A program made the position numbers and the translations under genes. Below the pieces are notes generated by a model, which ran no database searches, was not told where the DNA came from, and saw only the letters and a list, made by a program, of their open reading frames with translations. From Octopus bimaculoides (Eukaryota), in assembly GCF_001194135.2 (NCBI RefSeq), contig NC_068989.1:73411361-73475360 (forward strand): 64,000 nucleotides of DNA. Reading direction: 5' to 3'. Position 1 is the first letter of the stretch. Each line of letters starts with the position of its first letter. Below are positions 26,101 through 40,050 of this stretch, in pieces.

Positions 26101-27647
26101 CCTTGTGACAACAAAACCATCATTATCAGCACCATTGTTAGAACAATATTGTTCCAGATTTCTGCACATCAACTTCAAATGTCGTCATGGCCAGCATGTG
26201 TTTTCAGCTCTTAAGAGTCACTTAATAAAATACCAGTTACATACTGGGATTTGATTTCTCCTCTGTGTGTGTGTATGTGTATTTCTGTGTGTGTGTTTGT
26301 ATGTGTCTGTCTATCTGTCTTTCTATTTGTCTATCTTCACTCCCTTCATTCTCTCTCTTCCTCTTACTCTCTGAATCGGCTGCTTAGAACTCTGTGGATA
26401 AGAATTATCATCATCATTTAGAACTACATTTCAGCAGAAACCTCTATTCCTCTCCTATTTAATTAAGACTAGTTGCACTGCATGCGCATATGCTGAGCAT
26501 ACACCACACACATAAATGTTTATTGAGTAGAATTTATTGTAAAGCATCTCTGCATACATTACCCTTACATGAACCTATACATCTACATGTGCACTAGCAA
26601 ACATGTGCATGCATTTTATGCATGCAAATCTGCACTAGTATAGATGTAAACACATGCTCAAAATCCATACACATGCAGGTTGACAATGAGGTCTAATCAC
26701 TGACATGCAAACGCTATTTGCACATGTATGTATCCATAAATTTAAGCATATACACACATACATGCATGCTTGTACATAGTGGTTGCTTTCATTATAACCT
26801 ACTTAGATTTTTCATGTAATTATCAATAGTATTAATACGCTAACTTTTTTGTTTTTGTACGTACCTGTTGTGTGCGTCACACTAACTTCTTTGAAGTGGC
26901 AAAGCGAGAGAGAGAGGAAGTAAGAGAGAAAGAGAGAGAGAGAGAAAGTGAGAGAGGAAGAGAGAGAGAGGGAAAGAGACAGTGAGTGGTGACGGCATTC
27001 GTTTTGTGATTTTAAATGTTCCAGAGAGGACGTAAGAGAGAGAAAGAGACAGTGAGTGGTGATGGCGTTCGTTTTGTGTTTTTAAATGTTTATCACATCA
27101 CAAGAAAAGTAGATACAGAGATACATATACTCATAGTTAAATCAAAAGTGGGAGAGAAGAGGAACACAAAGGAAGAGAAAGTGAGAGACAGTAGATACAT
27201 AAATCGAAAGAAACGTTCATACATAGATACATAGACACAGCAAATATTGACTGTCATTTTCACTTTTCATTACGACACAAGGATGACATTAACTCACATA
27301 TGGCTGAGTACTCCACAGACATGCATAACATTAATGTTGTTCTCAGGGAGATTTGGCCTCACACAGAATATGACAAGGCTGGCCCCTTTGAATTACAGCT
27401 ACAACTCGAGACATATATATATACTGTTGTGTCTGGGGAGAGTCATTTTCTTATTGTGCCTTGAAATTTAACACTCACCGTTATAATTTCCACTTATTTC
27501 TTATTTTTATTTTCCTAAACTTTTCGTTGCGTCTTGCAACCTTTTCAATAGTCTTGACTAAGAAAATGACTCTCTCCAGACGCAACAGAATATGCTTCAA
27601 CACACGAAATCACATAAAAAATCTTGCACAACCAAATCCCAAAACGA

Positions 27648-27678
<31 letters not shown>

Positions 27679-27957
27679 GTATTTGTGTGTGTGTGTAGTA
27701 TAGGTTAGTTAAATCATGTTTCCAATAAGTGTTGTGTGTGTGTGTTTGTCCCTCCGCCACCATTGCTTGACAACTGATGCTGGTGCGTTTGTGTCCCTGT
27801 AATTTAGCTGTTCAGCAGAAGAGACTGATAGAATAAGCACCAGGCTTACAGGGAATAAGTCCAGGGGTCACTTTCTTTGACTAAAGGGTGGTGCTCCAGC
27901 ATGGCCACCGTCAAATGACTGAAACAAGTAAAATAATAAAAGAATACGAGAAAAATA

Positions 27958-28470
27958 GGATCTATTTTAAAACGGGGGCCACATTTTTCATTAATGTTTT
28001 ACGTAATGTTTTTGGTACCGAAAGACTTTCAAACTTCGTATACTTATCTATTTTGTGTTATAGAACAGAAAAATATTTTTGTATTCGAATTTATTTCATG
28101 TAAAAAATTGTCTTATTTCGATAATTTCAACCAATCACTGACAAGTATTCAGTTGTTTATATTTACTCCTTTGGTTGATTAAGCGATGTAAAGCGTATTT
28201 AATCTCCATACCTTCGTTTTATTTGCTTTTTTCATTTTAAATTTGCTTTAACCCTAACCCTAGGGTTAGGGTTAATTGTTTCAGAATCGTTTGTTTATGT
28301 AGTCGGCACTTAATGTATATCGGCTGAATGGACGTCAGTGATTGGTTGAAATACGACAACTTTAACATGGAATAATTTATGGATTTCTTTATTTTTAAAG
28401 AAGACTAAGAGAAAAAGATGTTTTATATGACACATTCTACCAGTGTTCCAAGTTTCAAAGTGTTTCGTTA
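27958..28470. mobile_element. Second, right-truncated copy of the 21560-22138 MITE
   Basis: Near-identical to the first copy and in the same orientation. It has the left TIR but lacks the right TIR and TSD. The telomeric block is a perfect 28-bp palindrome, TTAACCCTAACCCTAGGGTTAGGGTTAA, at 28248-28275. Confidence 0.9.
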
Positions 28471-28539
28471 TTTTGGTTGGATTATATAGTCATTGGTGTT
28501 ACATTACTTTCTGTATTCTGTAACTGTCACAATATACTT

Positions 28540-28680
28540 TTCTAGGCCTGAAATTTTTGTGGGGACGGGGCCAGTTGATTAGATCGACGCCAGTACACAA
28601 CCGGTACTTAATTTATCAACCCCAAAAGGACGAAAGGTAAAGTCGACCTCGGCTGAATTTGAACTCAGAACGTAAAGGCA
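28540..28680 (-). mobile_element. SINE family A, partial
   Basis: Reverse-complement match to the family A core. Confidence 0.75.
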
Positions 28681-29145
28681 GACAGTCATAATATGCAAAC
28701 ATCTCTCATGGCACCAGTACACTGTTTACGGATGCCTACATTTTTTATGTTTTCTATGATTTTTTGACGAGTCCTGCTAGTGGTATATAATCACGTTAGC
28801 ATTTCAAGCGTCTCTTATTCATTATACTATATATTATTGCTACATAAAGATAATAAACTTACTCATCTGAAATCAAATCCTCATTGAGAGAGTTCATGTC
28901 CATTGCTCGGGGTCAATATAATAAGTATCAATCAATATAAATTATATGTCCTCCTACTCTATAATAATCTCTTTTCCTTGCTTAAAAAGAAGCAAAAAAA
29001 AAAAACAAGAATCGAAGGGAGCCTTTCTGTTTAAGCCTGGTAATAAATTAAGCAAGCTATTATTTCTACATTGATTATACATACATGCATGCATACATAC
29101 ACGCAAGCACACTTATATAACACACACATATATATGTATATACAC

Positions 29146-29524
29146 AATGGGTTTTTTCAGTTTCTGTCTACCAAATCCACACAAGGCTTTAGCTGGCATA
29201 GGCTGTAGTGGGAGTCACTTACCCAGGGTGGCATGCAGTGGGACTGAACCCCAAACCATGTGGTTGGGAAGCAGATTTCTTATCACACAGTCACACCTGC
29301 ATCAACATATATATTCTTTTACTTGTTTTGGTCATTTGACTGCGGCCATGCTGGAGCACTGCCTTAAAGGGTTCTGGTCAAAGAAATCACCCTCAGGACT
29401 TATTCTTTGTAAGCCTAGTACTTATTCTATTGGTCTCTTTTGCTGAACTGCTAAGTTATGAGATGTAAATACACCAGCATTGGTTGTCAAGCAATGTCGG
29501 GGAGACAAACAGACAGACAGACAG

Positions 29525-29575
<51 letters not shown>

Positions 29576-29678
29576 CGACGGGCTTCTTCCAATTTCCATC
29601 TACCAAATGTTACCGTGTGGTAGGACTGAACTCGGAACCATGTGGTTGGGAAGCAAGCTACTTACCACACAGCCATGC
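29146..29678 (-). mobile_element. Two adjacent SINE family B copies (head-only about 29146-29300; near full-length about 29318-29678)
   Basis: Reverse-complement matches to the family B head and 3' module. Confidence 0.8.
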
Positions 29679-29743
29679 ATATATTAAAATAATTGTGTGT
29701 ATGTATATGATTTATAGTATGTTTCTTATATATATATATTTAC

Positions 29744-29793
<50 letters not shown>

Positions 29794-31221
29794 ATGTGTG
29801 TGTGTATTTGCAGCAGGGTTCAGTTCCGTTTTTTTTATTTTACTGAATTCTCTTTTCAAAACATTGGTCAACTTGAGGTTTTTACAAAAGACAGATGACT
29901 ATGCCTGTTCTGCAGCAAATAGAGTTAGATTTTGCCTGCTCATTGTCAAAATCAGTCAATATCAATTACATCTCCTTTGAAAAAGACATTTTTTCCAGAA
30001 AAATGTAAAAGAAAAAAAGGGTGGGGGAAAATTATCCTTGAATTTAGGATTGGTAATGAAGCAAAATAAAAACATCAATTGTGTATTAATTAAATCAAAT
30101 ATTGTTCATATTCTGTAATTTTCTGTTATATTACTGTCAAACTGTCTCTGTACCTTCTGCATACAGTCCTCCACTTTCATTTTGGTTTCTCAGTAATCTG
30201 TTTCTCATCCAAAGCTGTCGTATGTCAGACTAACCTGGCTCTAATTTCGCAAGTTAATTCCCGGCTCCCTACACAGTTATCTTTCCTCCTCCTCTCTTTC
30301 TCTCTCTTTCTCTCAATTTTTCTTTCGTGCTCTCTGACTATTTATCTTTCTCTCCCTCTCATCTATTAGTACAACCACACACGTATTTATATGTTTATTG
30401 CTTTTGCTTCATATTTTATATATAAGTGTATGTGTGTGTATGTACATGTATATATGTTCATATGTATGTATATATATATGTATGTATATACACACATATG
30501 TACATATATTTATATATGTACTCACATGCACGCACATACATATATGTACACACACACACATATGTACATATATGTGTACACACACACACACACATATTTG
30601 TATTGCTTTCGTTTTGTATTTTGTAGGTCTATATATGTGTGTGTTACTTTCTAGCTGTCTCAGAAATGTGTGTGTGTGTGTGTGTGTGCATACATACAAC
30701 AGTGTATTGTATGTATGCACACACACATGCACACAATTAAACACTAATAGGTTTTCCTCAAAATAAACTGACACTCACATACATACTCCCCTTAGGCTCA
30801 CATGTATACACATACATCCCCACATGTATACACACACACACACACTTAAATACACGCCCCCCTTCTTATGCACATATATGTATACACCGACATGCATACA
30901 CACATATACACTTTGTATTTAACTGTTTCAAAATTACACATACAGCATGTATGCATACACTCTGCATGTAAACACCCATATGCCTTGAAATGTGAGTGAC
31001 TGGAATTAGAACACCACTCCCACTGAACGAGATGTTAACCCTTTTCAGGGTTAACTTGCTTACAGTTAAGTGGGATGTGATTAACAGGAAATGAAGTGAC
31101 TTGCTTTAGAACTTGGTTTACTGCCCAGTCTTGGAATTGAAACTACGATCTTAGGATTGTGAGTGCACCATTCTAACCTCTAGGTTTCTTAAGAATGATT
31201 AAGTAAAGTTACTGGCAAATG

Positions 31222-31594
31222 TGGAGGCGCAATGGCCCAGTGGTTAGGGCAGCAGACACGCGGTTTCGATTCCCAGACCGGGCGTTGTGAATGTTTATTG
31301 AGCGAAAACGCCTAAAGCTCCACGAGGCTCCGGTAGGGGATAGTGGCGAACCCTGCTGTACTCTTCCACCACAACTTTCTCTCACTCTTACTTCCTGTTT
31401 CCGTTGTGCCAGTAATTCAAAGGGTCAGCCTTGTCACACTGTGTCAGGCTGAATATCCCCGAGAACTACGTTAAGGGTACACGTGTCTGTGGAGTGCTCA
31501 GCCACTTGCACGTTAATTTCACGAGCAGGCTGTTCCGTTGATCGGATCAACTGGAACCCTTGTCGTCGTAAGCGACGGAGTGCCAACAACAACA
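31222..31594 (+). mobile_element. tRNA-derived SINE family D, full-length with TSD
   Basis: A-box TGGCCCAGTGG, B-box-like GGTTTCGATTCC, an (AAC)n tail, and an 11-bp TSD ACTGGCAAATG at 31211-31221 and 31595-31605. Confidence 0.9.
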
Positions 31595-31649
31595 ACTGGC
31601 AAATGCATGGCTAAAACCCCAGAAATTACAAATGTATGTATAACATGTG

Positions 31650-31920
31650 AAGGCATATGGCTTAGTGGTTCAGCTGTTGTACCCACGATTGCTAGATCAT
31701 GGGTTCAGTTCCCAGACCGAGTGGTGTGTTGTGTTCTTGAGCAAGACATTTCATTTCATGTTGCTTCAGTCCCCCCATCTTCGACCAGCGGGGGAATGTT
31801 TGCCTGCTTGTTTAGCCAGCGGGGTGGTGTCATTTGAAGGCTAAAATGATGCAAAGCACATTGAAGCCAGCGATGTCTAACAAAATCTGATAGTCTCGTC
31901 TGTCACATGATCACGTGACA
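31650..31920 (+). mobile_element. Further tRNA-headed SINE-like copy
   Basis: Head GGCTTAGTGGTT..GGGTTCAGTTCCCAGAC..GTTGTGTTCTTGAGCAAGACA is shared with copies at about 3800 and 9912. Confidence 0.6.
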
Positions 31921-34900
31921 TATAACGTACAGGACATAGCAACAACCATCCTTGTACTGCGCATGCTTGTGGGGAATGCTTTCAGTGCAATAAAAAATGT
32001 AGGACAGAAACAAAACACTGCATGTACTCAAGAAGTACAGAACTGTTCTCAGTTGGACAGACTACTGAAAATAATAATATAAAAAAAAAAACGAATATGA
32101 ATGATGCTAATAGTGATTATATATGGATATTTTGATTTGTGGGTAGGGGAATTTTAGTTACATTCTCTGCAATGGATATCTTTTGATACCTTATAATAGC
32201 ACCGTTTTGATAATGGTTCTATTTTTATCTGAAGTCGTAACATTGTGTTTATTCATATTGTTTTAAGTGAGTTAAATAAAGCCGCCAGTTGGCTTTGATA
32301 GCAGCCTATTTCTTATGCTAGATACTTATATGCACACACAGGCATACATACTAACTAAAAAAAATTCATGCACATACACTTACATTGGTTTCTTGTGCTT
32401 CTTATGTTAGAAAATTTTATCTCGTGGGTGGTGTGGGTAAAGCTGACAAAATGCTTAGTTATTTTGCCGGCTTTATGAGATTAAAGTGACAAAAAATGAA
32501 AAAAATGCTTTGATAATTTATTTTTTATTATATTTTATTTAATTATTATTTTTAATTTATTTTTATAGTTTCCCTTTCTTATCAATTTTTCCATTACTCT
32601 CCGCCCCCTCCTTTTTTCTCTCCTTGTGGTTGAAAACCTGGAGCATAGAAATAGATGAAAAAGAAAAAAATATATAACAGAAACAAACAGAAGCCCCACC
32701 CCACTCCACTAGCCCTAAAATTAGAACTATCCAAAAATTCAACCAGTCCTAAGTTTGTTTATTGGTCTGCTGCACATTGTTATAGCGTGAATATCATTTT
32801 GAGAAATGAATAAAAACCTAAATAGAAGGCCAGAAAATAAATAAATAAATAAAATATGTCTAAAAATGAAAAAAAAAAAAAAACAAAGAAAAACGATATG
32901 CATAATAAAAAAAATAAATAATACCAACAACAAAACATTCCCCCAAAACCATTATTTTGTTGTGTTTTGAGCAAAGAAATATATTTCAGTAATATAGTTG
33001 GTGGGTGTTTGTAAGTAGACGTTTTATAGACACCCATTGTATTGAGAGAAAATTACAAAATCCATTAGTGATGGATTCTAAAATGAAAACGGCTTCGTTT
33101 TTTCTTTGTTTTGCTTTGCCTTGCTTTGTTTTGTTTTTGTGTCTGCATTTAGGAATAATTTCACTAGGAAAGGATTCTCTGATGATTTCTTTTTTCCTGT
33201 AACAGCTGTTGCAATAATATTACGTTTGCTCAATATGTTTCTTCAATATATACATACATACATGCATATATATATGTATGTATGTATTGTGTGTTCTCTA
33301 TCCTTCTTTCTAATCTTGATTGTGCTTTTGTCTATGCAGAGTGGTGTAGCAAAGTGAGCTCTAGTGGCAACAATAAGTATTGAACAATTTTAATGGAAAT
33401 TTCTATACTGACACTTTTATCTCTTTCTATCTTTCTCACCTTCTTTGTTGAAGATGTACAATGAAAGGGAACGAAGGCAAGCCAACTAAATAGCAACACA
33501 ATAGATTGCTTGAAATTTGTTGGATGTCTAACATACACCTATGTATATAATATATGTATATACATATATATATATATACATATATATATATGTCTGTGTG
33601 TGTGTGTGTATATGTATATATATAAACTGAAAGAGAGGGAGAGAGGAGCGAGAACAGTTTGTTTCAGATGTCTTGCTTTTATAATATTTATCTTTAAGAT
33701 ATTTCTATTTTAAACTGAAAACAGAATAACTGGTTTGCAATTGAATTTGAAATTATTCAACACAACGGAAAGAATTAGATAAATTTATTTATAGTTGTTT
33801 TGTTTTTTTCATGATTACGTTATTGTTATCAGTATTATATGGATGACAGTTTGACAGAATCGTTAGCCAAAATGCCTTGATGTATTTAGCTGTTCTGAGT
33901 TCAAATGTTGCAAAGGTCAACTTCACCCTTTCATGTTTTCAGAGTAGATAAGACAGATATTAGCATTCAAGTAAGTAAATACTACAGTTGATTTTAACTG
34001 ATGGTACCTTCCTACCAAAAGTTTGTGGTAAAAATCATGTTAAGAATCAAGCATTGCTGTGTGGTTGAGAAGCTTGCTTCCCAATCATGTGGTCTTGGGT
34101 TCAGTTCTGTTGCATGGTATCTTGGTGAAGTATCTCCTGCTATAACTTCAACCCAGTCTGACCTAGCCAAACCAAAGTCTGTTAATTGGATTTGGTTGAT
34201 GGAAACTGAAAGAAGTCCCTCATATATATATGTGTGTGTGTGTGTGTGTGCAAGTTTGTGTGTTCTTTTGTCTTGACATCATTTCATGGCTATATATACA
34301 AGCATCACAGTCATTCTAATGAAGTTGTTTGTTTCCAGTTTTCCATTACAAGCATGTCTTGCCAAGGGAAGTGTTACCTTATTTGGAAATGGGTGAGGGT
34401 TGGCAACAGAAAAGACATCAAGCTGTAAGCTGCCTCAACAAATTTCTTCTAACCCATGCAAGCAGGGAAAAATGGACATTAAATGATGATGATGATGTAA
34501 TAAGACAGAGCTGGTCTTGCTTACTGGCCCCAAAATGAATGGTGCATATCTCACTCTTATGTGTACCATGTTTCTCATTCAGGACTCTTGAATTTCTGTA
34601 GGCTAGTTCACCTTTTGGTACATAAGCACTATGGAGAAGTTACAGCCCATCTTAATAAACTAGGGATGGGAGAAACTACTGTTGTTGTTCTGCTCCAGCT
34701 CAGCTTACATTAAAAAAAAAACAAAAAACAGAAACAAAAACAAACAAACCTATGATCAGAGGTGTTCCAACAATGGCTATCCCGTTTTCTTTTTTTCTTT
34801 TTTTAAATACACATCTAAGACTAAATTTTTCGTATGTGACCTTTCTTTTTACAAGGATAAAATTTTATTTGTAGAAGATTTGATGTCTGTTTTCAACTGG

Positions 34901-34944
34901 CTAAGTGATCTCTTTGGTTTGTGGCAGACACTGTGGAATTGACA

Positions 34945-35300
34945 AATGTTATATATGTTATATATATACTTTACCTTGTTTCAGTCATATGACTGTAGTC
35001 ATGCTGGAGCACCATACACACACACACACTTTTATAACTTGCTGCCAGTTCACTCACTCTCTCCCTCTTTCTCCCTCCCTCTCTCCCTCTCTCTCCCTCC
35101 CTCTCTCCCTCTCTCNNNNNNNNNNAATGTTATATATGTTATATATATACTTTACCTTGTTTCAGTCATATGACTGTAGTCATGCTGGAGCACCATACAC
35201 ACACACACACTTTTATAACTTGCTGCCAGTTCACTCACTCTCTCCCTCTTTCTCCCTCCCTCTCTCCCTCTCTCTCCCTCCCTCTCTCCCTCCCTCTCTC
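34945..35300. other. Probable assembly artefact: identical 171-bp block duplicated across a 10-N gap
   Basis: 34945-35115 is repeated from 35126 onward, separated by N10 (35116-35125). Confidence 0.85.
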
Positions 35301-37812
35301 TCTCTCAGAAAGTCTCAAAACTGACTCAAGGCAAGGAGTTTTATACATGACCTTTGAGTCACTTTTGGAACTTTCTGTTGATTAAAGATACTCAAATCTT
35401 GATTTCTGTTAATCTTATCTATCTGTGTGTATGATTATATGTACTTATGTATTTTTGTGTGCGCGTGAAAGATGGAAAAAACTTAATACTGTTTGATTCA
35501 GTTTCCTTGACTAGAGAACTAGAGCTTTAGATCTGGGTGGAGTAAAACTGAATTATGAGTAACACCAAATTCAGTCCGTGGAGAGACTACTGTGTACTTG
35601 ACATTAAACACTATTGCTCTGGTGATTTGAGAGTCAACTAGTGAGCAGCAACAATGAAATTGTAGTAAATTATTTATTGGTCAAGTAGAGTATAGGCATT
35701 GGGCATTGTGGTATGGTTAAAGACTTGTCATCCCAGCCATGTCCCTCCTGCATGACATCTTGGGGGGAATATCTTCTACTTTAGCTCCAGACTTACCAAA
35801 GCCTTGTAAGTTGATTTGAAAAAGACTGTCCTCTGTGTGTGTGGGTGCATGTGCACATACATGCATGCGCGCATCTGCCTGTGTTTTTCCTTTGTCTTGG
35901 CATTTCATGATGTTCGTAGATGGGTGTCACCATCATACAAATGTTTTATTTAATTGAAAACACATCAAGTCTTCAGAAAATATCCTGTTAAAATAAATGA
36001 GGATTGCCGACGCAAAAAGTATCTGACCATAAAAAAATTTACCTCGTGTTTGGCTCATGCAAACATAGAAAAGTGAATGTTAAAAAAAACAGAAAAAAAA
36101 TGATGTTGATGACGACGACGACGACATTTTCATATTTCCTTAGTTAGAATGATGTAATCTCAGATTTGATCAGTTGTCATCACTCTGCTTATATCAGGTG
36201 TAGCAAGAACTGAAGATTAACAGAAATTTATAAATTATTTCTCAACACTCAAGGGAAATTCGATGCAGAGGATAACAGATTAAATCGAACATTCTCATAG
36301 CTAGCTGCGAGATTCCTCCAAATTTACACTTAGGATAGCTGGTACATCGATGAACACCTAGAAGTTTCAATTAAATTCAGTAGCTAGTTTGGCATATGAA
36401 AGGATGAATTTAATTAAACATCAAGGTTGGGCTGTTTCAGTGCTTTATGGCATTCCTCCGCTTTGTGGTTTAAGTGGTTCTTTGAGAGTTGGTTCATGGC
36501 TCAAGTTTCATAGCATTTGTGAATGAGATTTAAATATCCTTTCTCTGGTTGTAAATTCAGTTTATTACAAGCAACTTTCTCAACAGTTAGGTAAACTGAT
36601 GTAGTATGGAATGTGGCATTTGGTGTAGATACATGATGGAAAGCTAGCAATGGATTTGAACTCATGATCAGAAAGAGAAGGTAAACAAAGACCTCCTGCC
36701 ATGCAGCCATTTCACCTTTGCTCCTGTAAATATATGAATCAAAGAAGAAGCTTCTAGTACATGTTTTGTCAATGGTTTGGTTGCTAAATCTGCTAGAAAT
36801 AACAGCCAAATCTTTGTCAAACCACACACTACCAACTTTAATATGAAAAAAAAATATGGGTTAATAATTTTAGATAGTTATGTCTGAAATTAAGACAGGA
36901 TGGTCACTATTGGAATCCCTTTAACCATAGGTCTGCTCAATCAGGCTTAACTTTAGACTAAACAACAACACAGTCTTTGAGTATTGCTCAGAGAATTCAA
37001 TGTCCTTTTGTTAACTTAGAAATAACAATCCATATTATGAATCATGAATTGCTTCAAGGGGATTCATTTATTGCTTAGAAAGGTTAATATAGATATTGTT
37101 ACTATTGTTGCTTACTCCCACATTGGCCCAGATCAATAATCAATAATCCCAGGTTGGTCCCCAACCTATAAACAGAGGCAAGCCAGAGATATACAAAGCT
37201 GCCCATTGTGTTCTGATTTTTTTAATGTAGTAGACCATGTAATAATTTGATTGAAATTTGACTGTTATTTCTAACAGAAAACACATCTTTTTCCTTGACT
37301 GGTAAAAGTTCCATGGTTGTATGGCAATGACATCATTTTGATTTCTACTTTTCCATGAAAATTGTTGAAACAGATTTTCTACAGCCAGATTTCCTTTCAG
37401 CCTCCTAGTATGGCAATACCTATTTCCAAGTAATATTTCTCCTTAACCAGACATTTCTTGAAATAATCGAAACAAAGGACACCACTTGCATGACAGTGAC
37501 TCTTGTTAACAAACAGTTATGTGATATCAAGGCAAGCATGCAGTGACACACATACATACATATATGCACATATATAAATATATATATATATATATATATG
37601 ACTGGCTTCTTTCAGTTTCCATCTACCAAATCTGCTCACAAGGCTTTGGTTAACCTGGGGCTAAAGTAGAAAATACTTGCACAAGGTGCCTTGCAGTGAG
37701 ATTGAACCCAAGACCATGTGGTTGGGAAGCAAGCTTCTTACCATACAGAGCTATGAGACAGAATAAAATTATTATTGTTGTTGTTATTATTATTATTAAT
37801 AATAATAATAAA

Positions 37813-38020
37813 GTGGCGAGCTAGCAGAATCATTAGCATGCCAGGTGAAATGCTTTGCAGTATTTTTTCTGTCTTCATGTTCTGAGTTCAAATTCCGCCA
37901 AGGTCGACTTTGCCTTTCATCCTTTCGGGGTCGATTAAATAAGTACCAATTACGCACTGGGGTCGATGTAATCAATTTAATCCCTTCCCCCAAATTTGAA
38001 GCCTTATGCTTCCAGTAGAG
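37813..38020 (+). mobile_element. SINE family A, left member of an inverted pair
   Basis: Full-length family A copy after an (AAT)n tract. Confidence 0.85.
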
Positions 38021-38050
38021 ATAATTATTAATAATAATAATAATTATTAT

Positions 38051-38258
38051 TTCAAATTTTGGCATAAGGCCAAAAAGTTTGGTGGATGGGATAAGTCAAC
38101 TACATCGACTCCAGTGCTCAGCTGGTACTTATTTTATTAACCCCGAAAGGATGAAAAGCAAAGTCGACCTCAGTGGAATTTGAACTCAGAACATAAAGAC
38201 TGACACTACCGCTAAACATTTTGCCTGGTTTACTAATGATTCTACCAGCTCACTGCCT
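38051..38258 (-). mobile_element. SINE family A, right member of an inverted pair
   Basis: Reverse-complement copy about 30-40 bp from the previous one. Confidence 0.8.
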
Positions 38259-38926
38259 TGATGATGATTAATAAACTAGGAATGATATATGTGAAATGAC
38301 GCTGATTTGAATTCCAGCCATCCAGAGGGAGCCTATAATTTTTCTCCAGCAGGGAAATCTTACACTAAAAGGTATTTAATGAGATGGAAAAGAAGGGATA
38401 TTTGATATTTGTTGATGTGCAAACACTGTACAACACATTAGTCAAAACTTAAGTTTCATTTATGTTCCTCCTGGAAATATAGCTTTGTGGTTAAGATGCT
38501 TGCTTTGTAACTATGTGGTTTTGGGTACAGTCTCATTGTGCCGCATATTGGGCAGTTGCCTTCTACTATAGTACTGGGCTTACTAATTAATGCCTTGTGA
38601 GTGAATTTGGTAGACAGAAACTGTATGGATACTCGTCATATATACATACATTTCTCTCTCTCTGTCTCTCTCTCTCCATATATATATATTTATATATATA
38701 CACATGTATAAGAAACAAGTTGAAAATGATGGTTGTTACACATAATTCCTTTATTGGAGCAAATTTGGCTTGCAGCTGTTTCCAGTAATCATTATAGGTA
38801 CATTGCTGATAGGTTTACTCAACTGGTCTGTTGATCAATTGAGGTAAATTGATCGACCTAAGAAAATTAATGCTACTTTCATCAGAAAAGTAAAAGAAAT
38901 ATATATATATTTATGTATATACACAT

Positions 38927-38965
<39 letters not shown>

Positions 38966-39705
38966 AATGTACATACTATATAAACAGTAGAAAAGTAACC
39001 CTACAGTTTCCTTTTGACTGTCTTAAAAAGACTGTTGATTTCTTCCCTCCATGTAGTACTGGTATCAACATCATAACTTCCAGTACAACCACTCCTTTTA
39101 CTATAGACAGTCTCACTAACAGCCCCCAATACCATTACAACTACCATCAGTGACAACCAACACCATCACCACCACCATTGTTGTTAGATTATTTCCTCTT
39201 TTTCTTAGCCTGAATTATTTTTACCAGTTCAGTCTGGTTTGGATGATACACAATATCTGTCACCATATTCCTTTGTTCTTGCTAACATCAACTTAATGTT
39301 GAAAAACATATTATCAGCTCTATTATTGCACACAAACTTCAACATTAAGGTTTAGGATTTAATTTTATTTTATTTCTTTCTTAAATATTTAAATGACAAG
39401 TCATAATACAGTCATCAGAAGTTATGTTGTGCAAAAACAGAAAGAATTATTATAAGCAAACTAAATAGAATATATGAAAAATTAATTCAAAGCCATTAAG
39501 TTTCTCAAGGATCATCTACACTCTTTTGCCTTCCCACTCAGACTGCAATTGAGGGTTGACTATAGATGCAGGTGTTTCACTTGTAATTGTTTAACCCCAT
39601 TTCAGTCCTGGTAGAAAAGAGTTTTACAGATAAAGATTTGATTGAGCCATGATCATCTGTTGTTTTTGTTTTTATTATTATTTTTTTTTTTTTTGTCAGG
39701 CATAA

Positions 39706-40050
39706 TCATCGTCACCGTTTAATGTCCGCTTTCCATGCTAGCATGGGTTGGACGATTTGACTGAGGACTGGTGAACCAGATGGTTACACCAGGCTCCAAT
39801 CTGATTTGGCAGAGTTTCTACAGCTGGGTGCCCTTCCTAACGCCAACGACTCCGAGAGTGTAGTGGGTGCTTTTACGTGCCGTCGGCATGAGGGCCAGTC
39901 AGGCGGGTACTAGCATCGGCCATGCTCAAAATGGTGTATTTTACGTGCCACCTGCAAAGGAGCAAGTCCAGCAGCACTGGCAACGATCTCGCTTGAATGT
40001 CTTTACACGTGCCAGGAAGGCGACGCTGGGCACAAGTGCCATCATGATTT
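39706..40050 (-). mobile_element. Retroposon family C
   Basis: Reverse-complement copy extending to about three hairpin units. Confidence 0.85.

Noticed and set aside
26972-27090. Direct repeat of about 49 bp with a 70-bp period within a GA-rich tract
   Set aside because: Simple slippage duplication in low-complexity sequence, with no further structure.
28863-28903. Minus-strand MDMNSLNEDLISD|gtaagt first-exon-like unit
   Set aside because: It overlaps what looks like a decayed SINE A core on the plus strand (TCTGA..TCAAAT..CTCGGGGTCAATA..AAGTA), so it is probably chance.
31222-31285. tRNA gene
   Set aside because: A and B boxes are present but the anticodon arm is deleted, and the sequence continues into a SINE body with a tail and TSD.
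31905-32770. Promoter-like motif set (TCACGTGA E-box, TGCGCATGC, CCGCCCC, ATTGG)
   Set aside because: The E-box appears to belong to a SINE end, the other motifs are scattered over 800 bp, and there is no associated exon; insufficient evidence.
34945-35300. Perfect 171-bp tandem duplication
   Set aside because: The identical copies abut a 10-N gap, typical of unmerged contig-end overlap.
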